Assembly: GCF_006345805.1 (NCBI RefSeq)
Contig: NW_021832565.1
Location: forward strand, 1 to 64,000
Direction: 5' to 3'
DNA from: Octopus sinensis
Taxonomy: Eukaryota
Length of the DNA stretch: 64,000 nt
Below are positions 1-12,137 of the stretch, piece by piece. Below the pieces are notes generated by a model, which did no database searches, was not told the DNA's origin, and saw only the letters and a list, made by a program, of their open reading frames with translations. How positions within the stretch are numbered: the first letter of the stretch is position 1; the number at the start of each line of letters is the position of its first letter. The position numbers were made by a program, and so were the translations under genes.

Positions 1-21
1 ATATATATATATATATATATA

Positions 22-262
22 TCCGGTGTGATCGTTGCCAGGGCGGCTAACTGGTTTTCATGCCGGTGGCACGTAAAAGGCACCATTCGAATGTGATCGT
101 TACCAGCATCGCCTTACTTGCACCTGTGCTGGTGGCATGTGTAAAAATATTCGAGCGAGATCGTTGCCAGTACTGCCTGACTGGCCCCCGTGCCGGTGGC
201 AGATAAAAGCACCTGCTGTACTCTCGGCGTGGTTGGCGTTAGGAAGGGGCATCCAGCTGTTG
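22..262 (+). mobile_element. SINE-like repeat, family B fragment
   Basis: Motifs tgccggtggcacgtaaaa and ttggcgttaggaaggggcatccagctg recur in other copies (8645-8897; minus copies at 35105, 46738, 57576) that end in a (GAT)n tail. Confidence 0.75.
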
Positions 263-319
263 CGATGGATGCCCTTCCAACTTCTTCCCCCTCCTGTGTT
301 AACCGTCTGTTCGGCAGTC

Positions 320-512
320 GCCATGATAGATCGGTAGCCACTACATACATTTGTTTTCTCTCGTTGTTTTTTTCTGTGTCCCTTTCTGTAGAAGAACGTA
401 GGCTCGAAACGTAAAAGACTTCTTCAATTCCTGAGCGTTATACTGATACATCTGTTTGTTTGTACACCTCCTGTCTTCGTCTTTTGTTTAATTTCGTGAA
501 CTCTCCCTGTAT
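320..512 (+). mobile_element. Short non-autonomous Penelope-like element end with hammerhead-like motif (382-417)
   Basis: Reverse complement closely matches 16700-16918 and a decayed copy lies at 48331-48450; contains cttt-ctgtaga-a-gaac-gtag-gctc-gaaac-gta-aaag. Confidence 0.6.
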
Positions 513-863
513 AGATAAATACATACATATATATATATAGATATATATATATTATATATATATATATAATATAATATATATATATATATATATAGATATA
601 TATATATATATATCATATTATTATACCATCATTCATTTTTATACTTTTTGAGGTCTAGTTATATGTTTTATAAAAATATATATTATTTGTTATTTATGTT
701 TGGTTTATGTCTATCACTGTTTCAGTTGCATAGTAGTGGTTTTCTCTAATTTATATTTAATATATATATATATATAAATATGTATATATGTATATATACA
801 CCCACACCACACACACACACACACACACATATATATAATATATATATATATATTATATATATA

Positions 864-1987
864 GTGGGTCATACCATATATAACGTGATTTTTTTAATAC
901 TTCTAAACTAATATACACAATGTTCTTTTCAAATCTAAATTATGCTCTCCTTCATGTTCTACAATACTGTTCCTGCTTTCTGGTAGACTTGCAAAATTCA
1001 CTTGCCCTCGACGAAAAATACTCATCCAGTACTGTTCTGACCTCGTCTACAGAATTCATATTTTTTCAATCCAAATTATTTTGAAGACTGCATAATAAAT
1101 GGTAATCAGATGGGGCATTATCCATCGAATATGGTTGATGAGGCATCATTTCCCATTCAAACTGCTCCCGCCTTATATGTGGCTGAGTATTATCGTGATG
1201 GAAGATCACTTTTCGTCTTGAAATTAAAGAAGATCGTTTTTCTTCTAGTGTTGCTTACGCCACTAAAGCTGCTGCAGTAGAATTCCTATGTTATTGTTTG
1301 ATTTGGATTTAAAAGTTTCAAGTAGACTAATTTATATCCCACCAAATAGATAACAACACCTTACATGGGTGAAGACCTTCTTTAGCCTGGGTTGCTGCTA
1401 TTTCTCTTTTCCCTGCACATTGTCTACGGCGCTTGACATTTTTATATAGAATCCATCACCAGTCACTATTCGTTCCAAAAGTGGTTCATTCGTGAAACGT
1501 GCCAACAAAGAAGAGCACACATTCACTCTCTGCACGCGATTAGACTCGGAAATTTGTGAGAAACCCATTAATCCAATTTGCTGACTTTTTCGATGGCACG
1601 CAGGTGTTGATAAATGGTTAAATGATCAAATCCAAGCTTTTATGCTATTTCCTCAATAGTTACGATGGGATTTTTTCCCACTATGGTTTGCAGGACATCC
1701 TCTTCGAGCTCTACAGATCTTCCAGGACTAGGCTCGTCTTCTAGGCTGTAGCTTCCAGCTCGGAATTTCTGGAACCACCGTTGACACTTGCTTACTCTTA
1801 TTGTCTGATCCCCATATATTGAATTAATATTCCTCGCCCTCTCGGTTGCATTGTTGCCTTTATTGCACTCAAAGCAAAATATGCCGAATGTGCTCCTGTC
1901 TTACTTTCTTTATAGCATTGAAAAAAAACAACTGTTAAAATTGAACTATACTCTTCAAAACTTGCACTAACAATAAAGACAAGGTAA
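864..1987 (-). mobile_element. Decayed mariner transposon, near-full-length transposase pseudogene
   Basis: Minus-strand translation across stops and frameshifts gives QRWFQKFRAG..LEDEPSPGRS, WVSHK (WVPH-like), ERIVTGD, LHPCKVLLSIWWD and WEMMPHQPYSMDNAPSDYHLL (YSPDLAPSD-like). The 5' end is cut off by the repeat cassette at ~1985. Confidence 0.92.
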
Positions 1988-2099
1988 AATCAGAATTCAG
2001 TTGCATATCATATGATTTCACAATTAGTGCACAAAATGCACTTTTGAATCGTCAGTGCAAGCATAAGTCAAGACACATAAAAGTGAACAAAAAATCAAC

Positions 2100-2134
<35 letters not shown>

Positions 2135-2767
2135 AAAAAATCAACTATGTATAGTAATGTCCTTAATATAAATAAATATATTTAAGAAGAATAGTTGATG
2201 GATTTACCCTTATGAGATTTTTCACGCTAACTACTTGATAAAATCTTATCAAGATTTTATCCTATTTTTCAATCGTAAATTTAACCGGAATAAATTCAGT
2301 GCTGAATCTTATTCTGAATAAACACGTCTACCAAGATGCAATTCGGAAGCCCGCCTTTTACATAGATATATAAGTGTGAACTATTTCTATGTACTATGCT
2401 GGAAGCATTTGGTGTTCGTCTGGTATGTTGATATTTTGCTCATTTTTATGTGTCTTGAATTATTCTTGCACTTACGATTAAAAAGTGCATTTTGTGCACT
2501 AATTTTGAAATCATATGATATGCAGCTGAATTCTGATTTTAAAATGCTCGCTTCGAGGGCTGCATTCCCTCGCGTTCGGTACAATGTATTTATTTGTTAT
2601 GGTAGTTTGACTCTAAGAGTCCCTCCTAGCGTGAGGCATTTATGTATAGTAATGTCCTTAATATAAATAAATATATTTAAGAGGAATAATTTATGGATTT
2701 TTCCCTTATGAGGTTTTTCATGCTAACTACTTGATAAATTCTTATAAAGATTTTATCCTATTTTTCA

Positions 2768-2773
<6 letters not shown>
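1985..2773. repeat. Cassette with a 117-bp inverted repeat (1985-2101 / 2425-2541) and ~132-bp direct repeats (2146-2277 / 2641-2773)
   Basis: Both repeat pairs read directly from the sequence. Confidence 0.85.
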
Positions 2774-2811
<38 letters not shown>

Positions 2812-2814
2812 ATT

Positions 2815-2853
<39 letters not shown>

Positions 2854-2967
2854 AACATATGTCTACTATACACCATTTTAAACACGTGAATACTTGTGTG
2901 TAAGTTTGTAAGTGTGTGTGTATGTTTCAGTGTATGTGTGTGTGTGTGTATGTGTGTGTGTGTCACA

Positions 2968-3484
2968 TCCTATAACTGTCTGTCTCTCCACGTTTGTAGG
3001 GTCTTCCGTCAAACTTTTCATAGTTGGTATATTGAAATAATTTTCCACGTTAAATCCGATTTTGCTATTTATTTGTTTCAGAAAAATTGCAGAAAAATGT
3101 TACTGAGGTTTAAAGTTTAATCAATTTGACCTAATCAGAAAACAGGATTTGGAGACTGGCATTTTCAGCATGATACTTGTCTATCACAAAATTAAGACAA
3201 ACTCATTACGAGGAGGATTTTTTATTAAAACAAACGAAAGTAAAGCATTACGACGACCAAAGGTGTTAATTTAAAAAATCTTAGTTTCAATGAAGTCATG
3301 TGAAACGGTCGAGCAGGCATGTAACTAATTTTAAAAAAGAAAATTTGCGAAAAATTTGTCAAATCTGTTCTGATTCAGAGGTCTATCTGTCGGGAAAGGC
3401 ATGGTCTGACAAGGAATAAACAAAAATCTATATAAGACATTCTATTGTAAAAATTGCCCCGGTAACGACGGTCTATGCAGCTAG
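2968..3484 (+). mobile_element. Non-autonomous Helitron
   Basis: A|TC at the 5' end (2967|2968), 3' short hairpin ccg-gtaacga-cgg followed by CTAG|T (3481-3485), no TSD. Confidence 0.7.
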
Positions 3485-3653
3485 TACACACGCACACACA
3501 CACACACATATGGCATGCAAGTCCAGTTTCTGTCAAACTCATGCCACCATTGATAAGAGACATTAACCGGCGATGATGATAAAGAAGTTTATATATGTAT
3601 GTGTGTGCTGTGTGTGCCCGCGCTGTGTGTGCCCACGCTGTGTGTGCCCACGC

Positions 3654-3726
<73 letters not shown>

Positions 3727-3863
3727 ACGTGCGCGCAGGCTGTGTGTAGCCAAAAGATTTTAGATTCTTTTTATATACAAGAACTTTGCCGCACTACTTA
3801 ATTCCAGATCCGAATTTTTTGCAAATGTTACCATAGAGGCAAATTTATTTTGTCCAACATATA

Positions 3864-5129
3864 CAGAGTGCGGTGAATAAATTGTCGTCTAAATTACGCA
3901 AAAATGAAAATAATACTGACATTTCATTTTAACAGATACATTTACCAAAATTACAAAATATATCTTGAAATACTAAAGAGTAAATTTATTCCAAAAAATC
4001 GCCATTGGCTTCAACCACGACCTCCAGACGACTTCGGAATCTTCTGCAACTCTTCTGGACGGTCTCCTTGTTTAAGTTGGTGAATGTTGCCATAATCGTT
4101 GTCTTCAGTTCATCTTTGCTGTCACAAGGAGTTTTGTTTGTCTCTCGCTCAACTGCGCACCACACATGATAATGAAGGCGATTGCAGTCTGGGAAGTTAA
4201 GTAGTCAGATGTTAGGGGTGGTGTGGTCTCACAAATTGTCTGACAACCATGAATGAGTCCTCCTGCTGGTATGGCATGGTGCTGAATCTTGTTGCCAGAC
4301 ATAGGGTCTTCCAGTAGCCCCCACCCTCTTTACCCAGGGTAGCGCTACCTCCTCCAGGCACTTGATGTAGGCTTCCGTGTTGATTGTGAGGCCCACTTGT
4401 GATCACTCCAAACGTCATGATGTTGACTGGATGTTTGGTTTTTATCACTCTCGGTACATGTCTTGGGAACACGGCAGGCCACGGTTGTTCTGTGTGTTCA
4501 CGATCTGATCCTGGCAGAAATTTTTCTCGTCTGAGAAAAACCAAAGCATGATCGGTTGGAAGGGATGCTTGAATTTGTTCAAAAGATTCGTAGCGCAGTC
4601 TTTCCTCTTGTCCTTGATGGTGTGGGATAAACATTGTCTCTTTCTCATCTTGTATGAGGAATATCTAATGTCTTCATGCATTAGCTGCCTTGTTAGAAAC
4701 TCAGACACTCTCATGTCCCTTGTGATGGACCTGATTGACTTGGAGGGATCGTTGTCAATCATGGCCTGGATCTCACCAACAATTTCAGTTCTTTCTTTCT
4801 TTCTTTCTTATCAGAACGATCAGAGTGAGTTTTCCGAACTGCTGTATCTTCGTAATCGCCTTTAGACTCATTGACTCTCGCCGAATCCTCTGCACTCTTC
4901 TCAGATTGACATCCAAGCACTCTGAAGAAATGTTAGGACTGGAGCTTCAGGTGAAAAATATAGCATGTCGTTTCCAAATTTCCGGAAGAATGAACTGCAT
5001 CGTGATGCTGTTTTTCTCGTAGACGGTGTCTAACTGACCCTATTATACTGTGTAGTCAACAAAATCAAAAACAAACAATGCGCGAAAGGTAAATATATAA
5101 AATGACGACAATTTACCCATCGCACCCTG
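3864..5129 (-). mobile_element. Decayed maT-type (DD37D) Tc1/mariner element with both TIRs
   Basis: 26-bp imperfect TIRs 3864-3889 / 5104-5129, left TA present. Translation gives WFFSDEKNF, VPRVIKTKHPVNIM, WQQDSAPCH and FPDCNRLH, with 37 residues between the second D and the third catalytic position (now H). Confidence 0.9.
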
Positions 5130-5184
5130 TGTGTGTATGTATGTATGTATGTATGTATATATACACATACATGTATATACATAC

Positions 5185-5215
<31 letters not shown>

Positions 5216-5264
5216 ATATACATACATGCTTGTGCACGTTCGCGCACGCATACACGCATGCATG

Positions 5265-6056
5265 CACCACGCTCGTGGGTGACCGACTAGATCTCCTGTA
5301 CGTATCTGGGGCCGGCGCGTGTCTTTGGGTTCTCCCACGCCTGTCGCCGCGGGACCACTCTTCCATCTTCCCCTTTCCCCCCTCTCCGCTGCAGTTTTTT
5401 TTCCTTAACCCCCCCTCTTTGTACACACACGCACACACATACACACACCCACTCACACACACACATTTGCATATATATATACATTACACTTACACACACT
5501 TCAAATTTACTTGCCATACACACAACTACGCACACTGGACACACACACACTACCACTCAACACACACACGCACGCGCACACACTCACACATACATACACA
5601 CGCACACACACATACCTCCCTGTTTCTGATCCGCCTTTCTGACTTGCTAGGGTACCCCCACACCACTCCTTTAATTCTACTACTGCCTGCTACTAGCCAC
5701 TGTCCACCATACACACACATACACACACACGCACACACTCACACACACACCCTCGTCATCTCGCCCACCTTTTTTACCATTCCCTCTTTGATTCAGCTCT
5801 CCTGTTTTTAAAAAACATTTTCCTCCTTTTTTACCACTTCCGTCTTTTTAGTATGTGACCTCGTGAAGACTACCTGCAATTTTTTTCCTCTGTCCTCCCG
5901 TCTCGGGATCTTTCTTTCTCCTATGTTTCCGACGAAGAGCTCCGCTCGAAACGTCATACCCTCCTTCTTCCATTTTCCTGAGCGCCTAATAATAATAATA
6001 CTGTAATTGTTCCACGTGTTGTTGTTTTTTCTGTTTTCCCGTTTGGATTAACCTTA
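5265..6056 (+). mobile_element. CT/CA-rich Penelope-like remnant with degenerate hammerhead-like motif (5925-5959)
   Basis: gttt-ccgacga-a-gagc-tcc-gctc-gaaac-gtc-atac followed by ttcctgagcg, as in the 320-512 family. Confidence 0.45.
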
Positions 6057-6435
6057 TATATATATATATATATATATATACATACATACATACATATATA
6101 CATACATATATATATATACATACATATATATATATATACATACATACATATATATACATATATATATATATATTATATACATATATATATATATATAATA
6201 TATATATATATACATACATATATATATATATTATATATATATAATACATACATATATATATATACATACATATATATTATATATATATAATATATATATA
6301 TATAATACATATATATATACATACATATATATATACATACATATATATATATATATGCATTCATACATACATATATATACATATATATATATACATATAT
6401 ATATTACATATATATATATACATATATATATATAC

Positions 6436-6490
<55 letters not shown>

Positions 6491-6552
6491 ATATATATAC
6501 ATACATATATATTATATATAGATATATATATATATATATACAAATATATATA
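6055..6552. repeat. Long compound (TA)n/(TACA)n microsatellite
   Basis: Direct reading. Similar tracts at 520-620, 9590-9780, 10585-10805, 16330-16702, 19045-19250, 45880-46325, 56228-56525, 57840-57996. Confidence 0.97.
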
Positions 6553-8644
6553 TGTCCTCAGTGAGCTCAAATCAGAGGTATTTCACTCAACTTTTATACC
6601 CTAGGGTACTACATTATCTGAACTGATTGTCTAATAGTTTAGATGGAGTTGCTTATCATGTTCATACTAATGCTAGTCTTTAAGGAGTTATTGGGTTTGT
6701 AATGGCGGTGGTTGAGTCAGTTTTGGTGTTGATGGATGTTGTGTTGATAGATCCAACAGCCTATTTGAAGAAACTTTGCATTAGCTATCACCGTGAGGGA
6801 GGTAAGGCAAATGAATGCATTGGTTTTAGTATGTATTATTTTACCTAATCGACGTATTTGAGAATTTGAATTGGAAAAACCTTCTTCAATAGATCTTGAT
6901 GTTTTAAACAAAGGCATAAAAATGCAATGCTGAAATTTTACGTTGCTCTGGTTCATTAATATAGAGAAATTGTTACTTCAAGCTCTAACTTGCTCGAGTT
7001 AAATATTCTCTCTTGATGCTTAACCCGATTATACTACGAATTTGTTTTTGTGATCTAACTTGGGAAACGTGGCTATATCAATTTAAACTCGTTATTTGTG
7101 CAATAGTTTTGCTTAACGGCATAATGTTGAAGTAGAAAATGCACACAATAAAATTTTTGTTACCTATTTAAAAATCCTCATTCGGTTTAATGCAAATGCT
7201 TAGCTCTACGGTATCTATACTATATTAGTAGTAATCTGATTCGTTCAACTGATCAGATTTAAAAGAAAAATGACAATTAAGCTCAATTATTGTATGATGA
7301 GTTTAAGTTGTCGAAGCAGAGAAATAGAATGGCAAGTATATTAATTAGCATCTGACAAAAATGAAATCTACCCATTTATCATTACAATTTAATTTGATTG
7401 TTGTAATTTGTTCAATTTTACGTATATTGGATCTCGAAGTATTCTGTGTATTAGATCAATCTTAAACACTGAGTCGTTCATAAAAGCTGAAAGAGATATA
7501 AGTATACTATTATGGTAATAGAACCGCAGTAGAATCACTGAATCTGAATTGATATTTTGCAAAGCATATACTTTAAAGTGTATTGGAAATAAGAAGCATT
7601 TCGTGTATTGGATCAGCGTTAAGCATTCATAAAAGTTCGTTAAAGTATAAGTCAGTATTGTACAATGGTAATAAAGCATTTAGCGCTTGGCCCTTGAAAA
7701 TTAAGCACTCATAACTTATGCTATTCTTGATGCTGGTTTCATACGGCATTAAGTAATAGCAGCTGTTCCTTATATAGTTACTGGCCGGTAATATACGAAG
7801 CGATAAACTAATCCGTGGTAAGTGCTTTCTCAGAGATGTTCCAGTTGTTTTATATACAGACATATATGTACATTTCCACCATAATTTTGCAGCCATGCTA
7901 TTATCATACCGAAAACTTGGGAATTCCTCAACAGGAAAATTCCCTGAAAACGTCTCGGTACTTCTTTCTCTCTATATTCAAGAAGGTTCCTCGTACATGC
8001 TCTACAATATTCCTATACACATTTACTATTTATAGAATATTAATGTTTCTATCACAGCTCCAAATGCCAGACAGCTATTTTTTGCCTTAAAGTAACCCAA
8101 TTTAGTTTTAGTTATTAGTTGTGAACAGACATAGCTTTCAGGGGCAGATAGGTTTATCTCACCATTCAAATATCTCTGAAGTTGACTCAATTTCAATACA
8201 TTTCAAAACATCGAGAACTGGCACCCCAAGACATCCCTGTCATGGAGAAGCTGTCAGTAAAGGAATTTTCTAACAATGGGCATATGACAATCAAAAAAAA
8301 AAAAAAAACTGTCAGAAAAATTTGAATTTTATTTTTGCCAAATGCTGTTGAAACAATTTCTTACATAGTCACAAAGTTTTAGATTTAAGGAAGAGAATAG
8401 GTGATTATATCGATTTAATCTCTATAAACTCGGAGTACAGATGAAAAGCACTATATACAGCGGTTTTCACTCTTTTGTAGCTCAAAAAGCCCTTTATAAC
8501 GAATTGCATTTTGTATGTTTGAAACAAACTGAAGCTGATTATACACATTGACTTGACCAGGAGATGTGGTGATTTGCTATATTTGATAATACGAGTCAAG
8601 CTAATTAGAATTGATGTCTTCCACACATACAGGTTTGTCCTTCA

Positions 8645-8897
8645 GGTACCGGTGCCACTTAAAAATCACCCGTGCCAGTGCTGCATTGATGCACCCGTGC
8701 CAATGCTACGTAAACGCACTTGTACCGGTGGCACGTAAAAAAGCACTCAGAACACTCTGCTTAGTGTCTGGCTTTAGGAAAGGCATGTCACAACAGACAG
8801 TTGGAATCTGAACAACTCTTTGCTAGCCAGTAGCATGTCAAACCATATAACCCATGCCAGCATGAAAAGAGGACGTTAAACGATGATGATGATGATA
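8645..8897 (+). mobile_element. SINE family B with (GAT)n tail
   Basis: ccggtggcacgtaaaaaagcac body and catgccagcatgaaaagaggacgttaaacgatgatgatgatg tail. Confidence 0.8.
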
Positions 8898-9644
8898 ACA
8901 TCACCAGTTATGTTTCTACTTACTGATAACAATATACTAATCCCAAACATAGATTTTCAAAACGTACCTTGTTTAAATACATCATTTCTAAGGTGTTACG
9001 TAATGGGACTGGACCTGGAACCATGTGGTTGATAAGCAAACTTCTTACGGTACAACTACACCTGTGCCTATTTATTTCAATTGAAATACTTTGCCGCTTG
9101 AAAGAAGAAGAAAAAAACTGAGAATATTTTACCAAGGTTACCATTTGAAATAGAAGGACTGTTTTACTCGCGATAACATTTTAACATAAAGTTTGTGTGC
9201 GTGTGTGTGTAAGCGAGCGTGTGTGCGCACGTGCAAATTAGCAGAATTGTTAGCAAGCTGGGCTCAAAGCTTTACAACATTTCATTTGTCTTTATGTTCT
9301 CAGTTCAAATGCCGCCAGTGTCGATACATGAACCCCTGTTCAGACCGAAAGGGCGATCAACAAAAAGAAGCAAATATTCTGGAAGGTAACACATAAATAC
9401 AAAAGGAAAAGAAGAAAATGCAAAATGCTGGAAAAGAAGCATAGTAATACAGCAAGGCAAAAATTAACACAGCAAAGCGAAAATGAGAACATGCACAAAG
9501 GTAATTTCATGTGGTTAAGCAAGCTCCCGGTTTGCACTATATCAGTCAGTTCAGATATAGGTACACGACGACAACTGCGAGTCGTAGTGATGTATTTATG
9601 TATATATATATACATATATTTGTATATACATATATTTGTGTGTG

Positions 9645-9727
<83 letters not shown>

Positions 9728-9777
9728 ATATACATATATTTGTATATACATATATTTGTATATACATATATTTGTAT

Positions 9778-10404
9778 ACTCTTTTACTCTTTTACTTGTT
9801 TCAGCCATCCGGCTGAGGCCATGCTGGGGCACCGCCCTTGTTGCTACCCTCTCTAAGTCCAGTTTGCCGTGGCTGGCCACTGATCTAAGAGAGAGTTTGT
9901 AGCTGCTGCCCTTAGGTTACCTTCGTACCTTGCAGTGGGTTCATCTGGGATCCCGGAAAGCAGCTTGTCTAGATGTTTTTTGAAAATGTCCACATCCGCA
10001 TCATGTAGATCTCTTAGTTTTCTTGGCAGTTTGTTGAACAGCTGAGGGCCCCTGAACCCCAGGCTATTACAGTATCTGCTCCTTACCCTGGATGTGGAAG
10101 ACGGGACCTTTGGCACCACACTGTGACGTCCTGTACGGGGATTGGAACAGCTCTCAATTCCAAAATTTGGTGCTAGTCCCTCCAGGATTTTCCATATGTA
10201 TATCACTGCATATCTCTCTCGTCTTCGTTCCAAGGAGTACAAATTGAGTTCCCTAAGCCTCTCCCAATAGTTCTTTTCTTTCATGGTGGAAATCCTCTTG
10301 GTGAAATGTCTTTGGATTGTCTCAAGCTCTGTGGTTAGTTTGACACTATGCGGTGACCACAGTTGGGAGCAGTAGTCCAGGCGGCTTAGGACAAATGTCC
10401 TCCA
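9778..10404 (-). mobile_element. 5'-truncated CR1-type LINE 3' end, reading frame open
   Basis: Uninterrupted frame from ~10404 to stop at 9853: [78 protein letters not shown]. Short 3' UTR ending in (GTAAAAGA)n. Flanked by TA tracts. Confidence 0.93.
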
Positions 10405-10622
10405 TATATATATATATAATAGAAATATGTTTCAAAAAGAAAATAGAAACTACACGTGGAAAATATATGTGGAAAGTATGAAAAAAAAAGCGAAAATGCA
10501 CATTGAATATTAAAAAAATAATAATAATAAAGGCTATATATGAAGAGTAGCGATAAATAAATACAATTAGATGAACTGAGGTATATACATGCATATATAT
10601 ATGTATATAAATATATATGTAA

Positions 10623-10654
<32 letters not shown>

Positions 10655-11042
10655 ATATATATGTGTGTGTATATATATATATATATGTATATATATGTGT
10701 GTTTATATATATATATGTATATATATATATGTATGTATATATACATATATGTATTTAAGTATGTATATGTATATATATATAATATATATGTATGTATATA
10801 TATAAACAATTCATAAATAAGGTCAAACGAAAAAATTCCTAATGCCAAATATGCAGAAAAATTGGACATATTGTCCATTAACCATATAATTTTTCACAAT
10901 ACGCACGCTACTCGAAAAAAGGTCGACAGAAATTTCTAAAAAATTCCATTATTACCATATCGGACTGATTTCAGAGTTAGCTACTAAGAGCCCTCCCTTC
11001 GTCAGTGATACATGTGGCAAAAGAAATAAATGAGATACTTAC

Positions 11043-11185
11043 TCATACCCATGGAAGAAGCAAACACTAAGTCATGAGCACAATTAAGTACCCCAAATAC
11101 ATCCAAAATAGAAATACTCCAGCCCATTCGAGACACGTGCGATTTGAACTGAGGCCCCCACAGAGTGAGAGAGTCCGGAAGTGAA
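11043..11185 (-). other. Candidate first exon ending ATGGGTATGA|gtaagt
   Basis: Consensus donor (+ strand acttac 11037-11042) and an ETS-like ccggaagtg near 11176-11184. The 5' boundary is a guess. Confidence 0.25.
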
Positions 11186-11289
11186 CGCTTAAATTTATAT
11201 CTCTAAATATAAATTTAAGATATAAATTTAAGTGTATGTATATATAGATATATATATATATGTATGTATAGATAGATATGTGTGTAATA

Positions 11290-11327
<38 letters not shown>

Positions 11328-12118
11328 GTCTGTATATATATATGTATATACATACATATATATTCTTATGAAATGAGAAATAAGGATAGCTTCTAACAAT
11401 GCAATTTTGTTTTTAAATAAATGAACGTTTACATATATCCTGCCATTTGGAATAGTTTCTGCGTTGTTATAAGGATTCTTTACGTCTCAGTGCATTTGTT
11501 ATGCAAAAGGCTTACTACATGGTTTCAAGCACACTACATATCTTATATATATATATATATATGGAACAAGAACGCAACAGGTGACAACGAAACACCGGGA
11601 TACAAAAAAAAAAGGACAGGAAAAAACAAGTACGGGTCATTCAGAGCTTTCTTTAGTCGAGTTCCGTATTATTTTTCGTTCTTTTTTTCAGGATTAAATA
11701 AAAAGAGAAACGGAAAATATGACATACCTGTATATATAATTAAAGAAATACGTGTAGTAAATAAAGAAGCGAACATATATCTTCATTAGTATATGTTCGT
11801 TTATTTATTTGCTACGCGTTTTTCTATATTATATATATATATGCATGTCATATTTTCCGTTTGAAGTTTTTTTTATTTAATCCTGAAAATATTATTTATG
11901 TAACGCACGCACTCATTAAGTTTTTTACACACACACACACACACGTATATATATATATATATATATAGGTAAAGTTCAGTCGTCACCAATTGCGAGTTAA
12001 GGTGCTGGGTATCACCTACATTGCTAGAAATAGGAGGTAAATCCTTAAAACTGTTAAAAAGCACATTTTCATATGCTGAAGGGGGAAATAACCACCCCAC
12101 AAGCGAAGCTAGACTCAC

Positions 12119-12137
12119 CGGACGAGACTACTTTCGT
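12119..12137 (-). other. Candidate 19-nt microexon
   Basis: Minus strand ctctaaatttcag|ACGAAAGTAGTCTCGTCCG|gtgagt. Confidence 0.25.

Noticed and set aside
242-279. Short hairpin ggaaggggcatcca / tggatgcccttcc
   Set aside because: Best explained as a junction of opposite-orientation SINE B fragments.
5043-6570. Many ORFs rich in Y/I/H/T/C/V, here and at 9340-9902, 10567-10878, 16283-16757, 45678-46455, 57800-58126
   Set aside because: They are translations of (TA)n, (CA)n and (TACA)n microsatellites, with no coding signal.
7779-7818. Plus-strand mini-exon (LLAGNIRSDKLIR, gtaagt donor) and similar isolated candidates near 35777-35808, 39537 and 54020-54075
   Set aside because: Weak acceptors or donors and no recognisable protein; expected by chance.
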